DNA of 64,000 nt from Escherichia coli (GTDB lineage Bacteria > Pseudomonadota > Gammaproteobacteria > Enterobacterales > Enterobacteriaceae), in the NCBI RefSeq assembly GCF_024502345.1, contig NZ_JALDNN010000001.1; one strand, 5' to 3'. The notes under the pieces are model-generated. The model did not search any database, had not been told where the DNA came from, and was given only the letters and a program-made list of their open reading frames with translations. Below are positions 59,167-64,000 of the stretch, one piece after another. The number at the start of each line of letters is the position of its first letter. The stretch's first letter is position 1. Position numbers and translations under genes: made by a program.

Positions 59167-60117
59167 ATGCGTGTGTTACTGGCACCGATGGAGGGAGTGC
59201 TTGACTCTCTGGTGCGTGAATTGCTGACCGAAGTTAACGACTACGATCTGTGCATCACCGAGTTTGTCCGCGTGGTGGATCAACTGCTGCCGGTAAAAGT
59301 CTTTCATCGCATTTGCCCTGAGCTACAAAACGCCAGCCGGACACCATCTGGTACGCTGGTGCGCGTGCAGTTGTTAGGTCAGTTCCCACAATGGCTGGCA
59401 GAGAACGCCGCCCGTGCGGTGGAGTTAGGTTCCTGGGGCGTGGATCTCAATTGCGGCTGCCCGTCGACAACGGTTAACGGTAGCGGCGGCGGGGCGACGT
59501 TACTCAAAGATCCTGAACTCATCTACCAGGGGGCAAAAGCGATGCGTGAAGCTGTACCGGCGCATTTGCCTGTCAGCGTGAAAGTGCGTCTGGGCTGGGA
59601 CAGCGGTGAGAAGAAATTTGAAATCGCCGATGCGGTTCAACAGGCTGGCGCTACGGAGCTGGTGGTGCATGGGCGGACGAAAGAGCAGGGTTACCGCGCG
59701 GAGCATATTGACTGGCAGGCGATTGGCGAGATTCGCCAGCGGCTGAATATTCCGGTGATTGCCAACGGTGAAATCTGGGACTGGCAGAGCGCGCAACAAT
59801 GCATGGCGATCAGCGGCTGCGACGCAGTGATGATTGGTCGCGGGGCGCTCAATATTCCCAACCTGAGCCGGGTGGTAAAATATAACGAACCGCGAATGCC
59901 GTGGCCGGAGGTGGTTGCTTTGCTGCAAAAATATACCCGTCTGGAAAAGCAGGGCGATACCGGGTTATATCACGTAGCGCGGATTAAACAGTGGTTGAGT
60001 TATTTGCGTAAAGAATACGATGAAGCAACAGAATTATTTCAGCATGTTCGGGTGTTGAATAATTCCCATGATATTGCAAGGGCTATTCAGGCAATTGATA
60101 TCGATAAGCTGCGATAA
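59167..60117 (+). CDS. dusC: tRNA-dihydrouridine(16) synthase DusC
   Basis: Product with conserved Dus catalytic Cys (LNCGCP) and TIM-barrel flavin-binding pattern; recognised as DusC/YohI. Confidence 0.9.
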   Translation: MRVLLAPMEGVLDSLVRELLTEVNDYDLCITEFVRVVDQLLPVKVFHRICPELQNASRTPSGTLVRVQLLGQFPQWLAENAARAVELGSWGVDLNCGCPSTTVNGSGGGATLLKDPELIYQGAKAMREAVPAHLPVSVKVRLGWDSGEKKFEIADAVQQAGATELVVHGRTKEQGYRAEHIDWQAIGEIRQRLNIPVIANGEIWDWQSAQQCMAISGCDAVMIGRGALNIPNLSRVVKYNEPRMPWPEVVALLQKYTRLEKQGDTGLYHVARIKQWLSYLRKEYDEATELFQHVRVLNNSHDIARAIQAIDIDKLR

Positions 60118-60504
60118 TAGTGGAATCGCAGCTTATCAGAGACAATGAATCGCTTATTCAGCTTCATCATCTTGTTGCGCTCCTTTCATGAACTAAGCCA
60201 CATATTGCCACTGGCGCAAGGTGCGCGCAGAGGGAGGACAATCGCCTCCTCCCCCTGCACCCCCGGGCTCTGGCGAACAAAATCGCCGCTGCGCGGTACC
60301 TTCAGCTTATCCCCTTCGGCTACCGGGTCGGGCGCGAGGTAACGTCCTTGTAAGACGCGCCCTCAGCCCACATCCATGTGGGCTGCCCCGGCCTTCGGGG
60401 AACGCTTCAGCGATTTTGACGCCACCAACACCGGAGCTGTTTGCAAATCAAGTACAAAAAATATCTAGTTCCTGACCTGACAACTTATATGCCATATCTG
60501 ATTT

Positions 60505-60588
60505 TTAAAATATCATCTTAAATACGCCAGTCACCACCAGTAGCCCAATCAGGAAAATAATCAATACAGCCCAGAGTATAATTTTCAT
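60505..60588 (-). CDS. yohP: 27-aa small hydrophobic membrane protein (YohP-like)
   Basis: Minus-strand ORF MKIILWAVLIIFLIGLLVVTGVFKMIF, below the ORF-track size cutoff; identification is from memory of the K-12 small protein. Confidence 0.55.
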   Translation of the reverse strand: MKIILWAVLIIFLIGLLVVTGVFKMIF

Positions 60589-60800
60589 TGGCGTTCCTTT
60601 ATTTGTGAGTGCTGAATAAGTATAGGAAAAAACGAAGCCCTTCGCTGTCATTTATAAGTGATTAAGATAAATCGGAGAATATCATTCACTTAGTCTATAT
60701 TTTTCTGGGTATGTCGTTTTATTGCTACTGATGTATTGCCACGCGGGTGATGCTGCCAACTTACTGATTTAGTGTATGATGGTGTTTTTGAGGTGCTCCA

Positions 60801-61076
60801 GTGGCTTCTGTTTCTATCAGCTGTCCCTCCTGTTCAGCTACTGACGGGGTGGTGCGTAACGGCAAAAGCACCGCCGGACATCAGCGCTATCTCTGCTCTC
60901 ACTGCCGTAAAACATGGCAACTGCAGTTCACTTACACCGCTTCTCAACCCGGTACGCACCAGAAAATCATTGATATGGCCATGAATGGCGTTGGATGCCG
61001 GGCAACCGCCCGCATTATGGGCGTTGGCCTCAACACGATTTTCCGCCATTTAAAAAACTCAGGCCGCAGTCGGTAA
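60801..61076 (+). CDS. insA: IS1 InsA (transposition repressor / N-terminal transposase part)
   Basis: 91-aa product [43 protein letters not shown]... Confidence 0.95.
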   Translation: MASVSISCPSCSATDGVVRNGKSTAGHQRYLCSHCRKTWQLQFTYTASQPGTHQKIIDMAMNGVGCRATARIMGVGLNTIFRHLKNSGRSR

Positions 61077-61498
61077 CCTCGCGCATACAGCCGGGCAGTG
61101 ACGTCATCGTCTGCGCGGAAATGGACGAACAGTGGGGATACGTCGGGGCTAAATCGCGCCAGCGCTGGCTGTTTTACGCGTATGACAGGCTCCGGAAGAC
61201 GGTTGTTGCGCACGTATTCGGTGAACGCACTATGGCGACGCTGGGGCGTCTTATGAGCCTGCTGTCACCCTTTGACGTGGTGATATGGATGACGGATGGC
61301 TGGCCGCTGTATGAATCCCGCCTGAAGGGAAAGCTGCACGTAATCAGCAAGCGATATACGCAGCGAATTGAGCGGCATAACCTGAATCTGAGGCAGCACC
61401 TGGCACGGCTGGGACGGAAGTCGCTGTCGTTCTCAAAATCGGTGGAGCTGCATGACAAAGTCATCGGGCATTATCTGAACATAAAACACTATCAATAA
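60995..61498 (+). CDS. insB: IS1 InsB reading frame (expressed as InsAB' by -1 frameshift)
   Basis: 167-aa ORF in the -1 frame relative to insA, recognised as IS1 InsB. Confidence 0.9.
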   Translation: MPGNRPHYGRWPQHDFPPFKKLRPQSVTSRIQPGSDVIVCAEMDEQWGYVGAKSRQRWLFYAYDRLRKTVVAHVFGERTMATLGRLMSLLSPFDVVIWMTDGWPLYESRLKGKLHVISKRYTQRIERHNLNLRQHLARLGRKSLSFSKSVELHDKVIGHYLNIKHYQ

Positions 61499-61588
61499 GT
61501 TGGAGTCATTACCTGCCACGCGAAACTAAAAAATATATCGCAACACACGGTAATCTCCGCGCACCGTTTCTTACCTGATTATTCCCCC

Positions 61589-63025
61589 ATGAATCGTGAT
61601 TCCTTTTATCCAGCCATCGCCTGTTTTCCGCTGTTACTGATGCTGGCCGGGTGTGCGCCTATGCATGAAACCCGCCAGGCGTTAAGCCAGCAAACGCCCG
61701 CTGCACAAGTTGACACCGCATTACCCACGGCGCTGAAAAATGGTTGGCCAGACAGCCAATGGTGGCTGGAGTATCACGATAATCAGCTCACTTCATTAAT
61801 TAACAATGCACTACAGAACGCACCGGATATGCAGGTGGCTGAACAGCGCATTCAGCTAGCTGAAGCCCAGGCGAAGGCAGTTGCCACTCAGGATGGTCCG
61901 CAGATCGACTTTTCGGCGGATATGGAGCGGCAAAAAATGTCGGCAGAAGGGCTAATGGGGCCGTTTGCTCTGAACGATCCGGCCGCAGGTACGACCGGTC
62001 CGTGGTACACCAACGGAACTTTTGGCTTAACGGCGGGCTGGCATCTCGATATCTGGGGAAAGAATCGGGCGGAGGTTACTGCCCGCCTGGGTACGGTTAA
62101 AGCACGGGCGGCGGAACGCGAGCAAACCCGCCAATTGCTGGCTGGCAGCGTAGCCCGCCTGTACTGGGAGTGGCAAACCCAGGCGGCGTTAAACACGGTC
62201 TTGCAGCAAATAGAAAAAGAGCAGAACACCATTATCGCGACCGATCGCCAGCTATATCAGAACGGGATTACTTCTTCAGTTGACGGTGTGGAAACCGATA
62301 TTAATGCCAGCAAAACCCGGCAGCAGCTCAACGATGTCGCGGGGAAAATGAAAATTATTGAGGCACGGTTAAGCGCACTTACAAATCACCAGACAAAGTC
62401 ATTGAAGCTTAAACCGGTCGCGTTGCCGAAAGTGGCAAGCCAGCTTCCTGATGAACTGGGGTACTCCTTACTGGCCCGGCGGGCAGATTTGCAGGCGGCG
62501 CACTGGTACGTTGAGTCATCGCTAAGCACCATTGATGCGGCAAAAGCGGCATTTTATCCTGACATCAACCTGATGGCCTTCCTGCAACAGGATGCGTTGC
62601 ACTTAAGCGATCTGTTCCGTCATTCCGCGCAGCAAATGGGCGTTACGGCAGGCCTGACGCTACCTATTTTCGATAGTGGTCGTCTTAACGCCAATCTCGA
62701 TATCGCAAAAGCCGAAAGCAACTTGTCTATCGCCAGCTACAACAAAGCGGTGGTTGAAGCGGTGAATGACGTGGCGCGGGCAGCCAGTCAGGTTCAGACA
62801 CTTGCGGAGAAAAACCAGCATCAGGCGCAAATTGAGCGCGATGCCTTGCGTGTGGTAGGTCTTGCGCAGGCGCGCTTTAACGCGGGCATCATTGCTGGTT
62901 CCCGCGTCAGCGAAGCCAGAATCCCCGCGCTGCGTGAGCGGGCCAATGGCCTGTTATTGCAAGGGCAGTGGCTGGATGCTTCCATTCAACTCACTGGTGC
63001 GTTGGGCGGGGGTTACAAACGCTGA
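61589..63025 (+). CDS. mdtQ: outer-membrane efflux lipoprotein MdtQ (OprM/NodT family), full-length
   Basis: 478-aa uninterrupted ORF with lipoprotein signal (LLMLAGC); recognised as the yohG/mdtQ product. Confidence 0.85.
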   Translation: MNRDSFYPAIACFPLLLMLAGCAPMHETRQALSQQTPAAQVDTALPTALKNGWPDSQWWLEYHDNQLTSLINNALQNAPDMQVAEQRIQLAEAQAKAVATQDGPQIDFSADMERQKMSAEGLMGPFALNDPAAGTTGPWYTNGTFGLTAGWHLDIWGKNRAEVTARLGTVKARAAEREQTRQLLAGSVARLYWEWQTQAALNTVLQQIEKEQNTIIATDRQLYQNGITSSVDGVETDINASKTRQQLNDVAGKMKIIEARLSALTNHQTKSLKLKPVALPKVASQLPDELGYSLLARRADLQAAHWYVESSLSTIDAAKAAFYPDINLMAFLQQDALHLSDLFRHSAQQMGVTAGLTLPIFDSGRLNANLDIAKAESNLSIASYNKAVVEAVNDVARAASQVQTLAEKNQHQAQIERDALRVVGLAQARFNAGIIAGSRVSEARIPALRERANGLLLQGQWLDASIQLTGALGGGYKR

Positions 63026-63077
63026 TGATATGCGCCTTCTATACTTAACGTTTATTCAGCGTTAAGTGGAGAACTCG

Positions 63078-63839
63078 ATGGCACAGGTTGCGATTATTAC
63101 CGCCTCCGATTCGGGGATCGGCAAAGAGTGCGCGTTATTACTGGCGCAGCAGGGGTTTGATATTGGTATTACCTGGCACTCAGATGAAGAAGGGGCAAAA
63201 GATACTGCGCGTGAGGTAGTTAGCCACGGCGTACGTGCGGAGATGGTGCAGCTGGATCTCGGTAAACTGCCAGAAGGTGCGCAGGCGCTGGAGAAACTCA
63301 TTCAACGGCTGGGGCGTATTGATGTGCTGGTGAATAATGCGGGCGCAATGACCAAAGCGCCGTTTCTTGATATGGCTTTCGATGAGTGGCGCAAGATTTT
63401 TACCGTTGATGTCGATGGTGCATTTTTATGCTCACAAATTGCGGCCCGCCAGATGGTGAAACAAGGGCAGGGCGGTCGCATCATCAACATTACGTCGGTA
63501 CATGAACATACGCCGCTGCCGGATGCCAGCGCCTACACAGCCGCTAAACATGCGTTCGGTGGGTTAACCAAAGCGATGGCGCTGGAGCTGGTCAGGCATA
63601 AGATTTTGGTGAACGCAGTCGCGCCTGGGGCGATCGCCACGCCAATGAATGGCATGGATGACAGCGACGTGAAGCCCGACGCGGAGCCTTCGATTCCTCT
63701 GCGGCGTTTTGGCGCAACGCATGAGATTGCCAGCCTGGTAGCGTGGCTGTGCTCAGAGGGCGCAAATTACACCACCGGGCAGTCGTTGATAGTGGATGGC
63801 GGCTTTATGTTGGCGAATCCGCAGTTCAACCCAGAATAG
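63078..63839 (+). CDS. yohF: short-chain dehydrogenase/reductase YohF
   Basis: TASDSGIG Rossmann motif and YxxxK catalytic motif; start taken at MAQVAIIT (253 aa), the ORF begins at 63066. Confidence 0.85.
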   Translation: MAQVAIITASDSGIGKECALLLAQQGFDIGITWHSDEEGAKDTAREVVSHGVRAEMVQLDLGKLPEGAQALEKLIQRLGRIDVLVNNAGAMTKAPFLDMAFDEWRKIFTVDVDGAFLCSQIAARQMVKQGQGGRIINITSVHEHTPLPDASAYTAAKHAFGGLTKAMALELVRHKILVNAVAPGAIATPMNGMDDSDVKPDAEPSIPLRRFGATHEIASLVAWLCSEGANYTTGQSLIVDGGFMLANPQFNPE

Positions 63840-63880
63840 CGCAGTGAGGTGCGTGGTTATTTCAATGGGTAAAATTTTGG

Positions 63881-63955
63881 TAGGCATGATAAGACGCACA
63901 AGCGTCGCATCAGGCATGGTGCACCGGATGTCGGATGCGGCGCGAACGCCTTACC
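63881..63955. repeat. REP/PU palindromic units
   Basis: AGGCATGATAAGACGCACAAGCGTCGCATCAGGCATG and GATGCGGCGCGAACGCCTTACC, REP-like palindromes downstream of yohF. Confidence 0.6.
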
Positions 63956-64000
63956 CAGGGCAATGGTTTTACGCCTGATGATCCGGCTTTTTCTTCCCGC

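Larger units (their letters stand above)
60746..61513 (+). mobile_element. IS1: IS1 insertion sequence (768 bp) with 9-bp target-site duplication
   Basis: Left end GGTGATGCTGCCAACTTACTGAT and right end ...ATCAATAAGTTGGAGTCATTACC; flanked by direct repeat TGCCACGCG at 60737-60745 and 61514-61522; encodes InsA and InsB. Confidence 0.95.

Noticed and set aside
60145-60475. Two overlapping plus-strand ORFs (65 aa and 84 aa) in the GC-rich element after dusC
   Set aside because: No Shine-Dalgarno sequence, overlapping frames, Pro/Arg/Gly-rich translations driven by GC content; the region is more likely a structured repeat or RNA element (reported separately as a finding).

Overview
Enterobacterial (E. 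coli-type) chromosomal window, almost entirely conserved core genes, in reverse orientation relative to the K-12 map as I recall it: yejM-yejL-yejK-rplY-radD(yejH)-rsuA-bcr-yejG-yejFEBA-rtn-mepS-lpxT-yeiR-yeiQ-yeiP-yeiW-setB-fruBKA-psuKGT-yeiL-rihB-nupX-yeiI-nfo-yeiH-yeiE-lysP-cirA-yeiG-folE-yeiB-galS-mglBAC-preAT-yeiS-sanA-cdd-yohKJ-dusC-yohP-IS1-mdtQ-yohF. Gene identities come from recognising the translated ORFs; no searches were run. Accessory DNA is limited to two places. (1) The left ~3.1 kb is a prophage-end segment abutting tRNA-Pro (proL): a phage ORF running off the window edge, a 210-aa tail-fibre-like ORF, a tail fibre assembly gene, a Pin/Gin/Hin-family serine invertase, a DinI-family gene, and a divergent, translationally coupled two-gene cassette (79 aa + 106 aa) that I cannot assign. 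A perfect LexA box sits in the shared dinI/cassette promoter region. This cassette is the best candidate for an undescribed system in the window. (2) An IS1 copy with a 9-bp target-site duplication lies just upstream of a full-length mdtQ. Other observations: a conserved hairpin-forming leader motif in front of both paralogous nucleoside transporters psuT and nupX, a tandem repeat upstream of psuK, Cra, CRP/GalS and Fur operator candidates, REP/BIME and ERIC repeats, and an unexplained GC-rich palindromic element between dusC and yohP. No CRISPR array, rRNA or integrase gene was seen.
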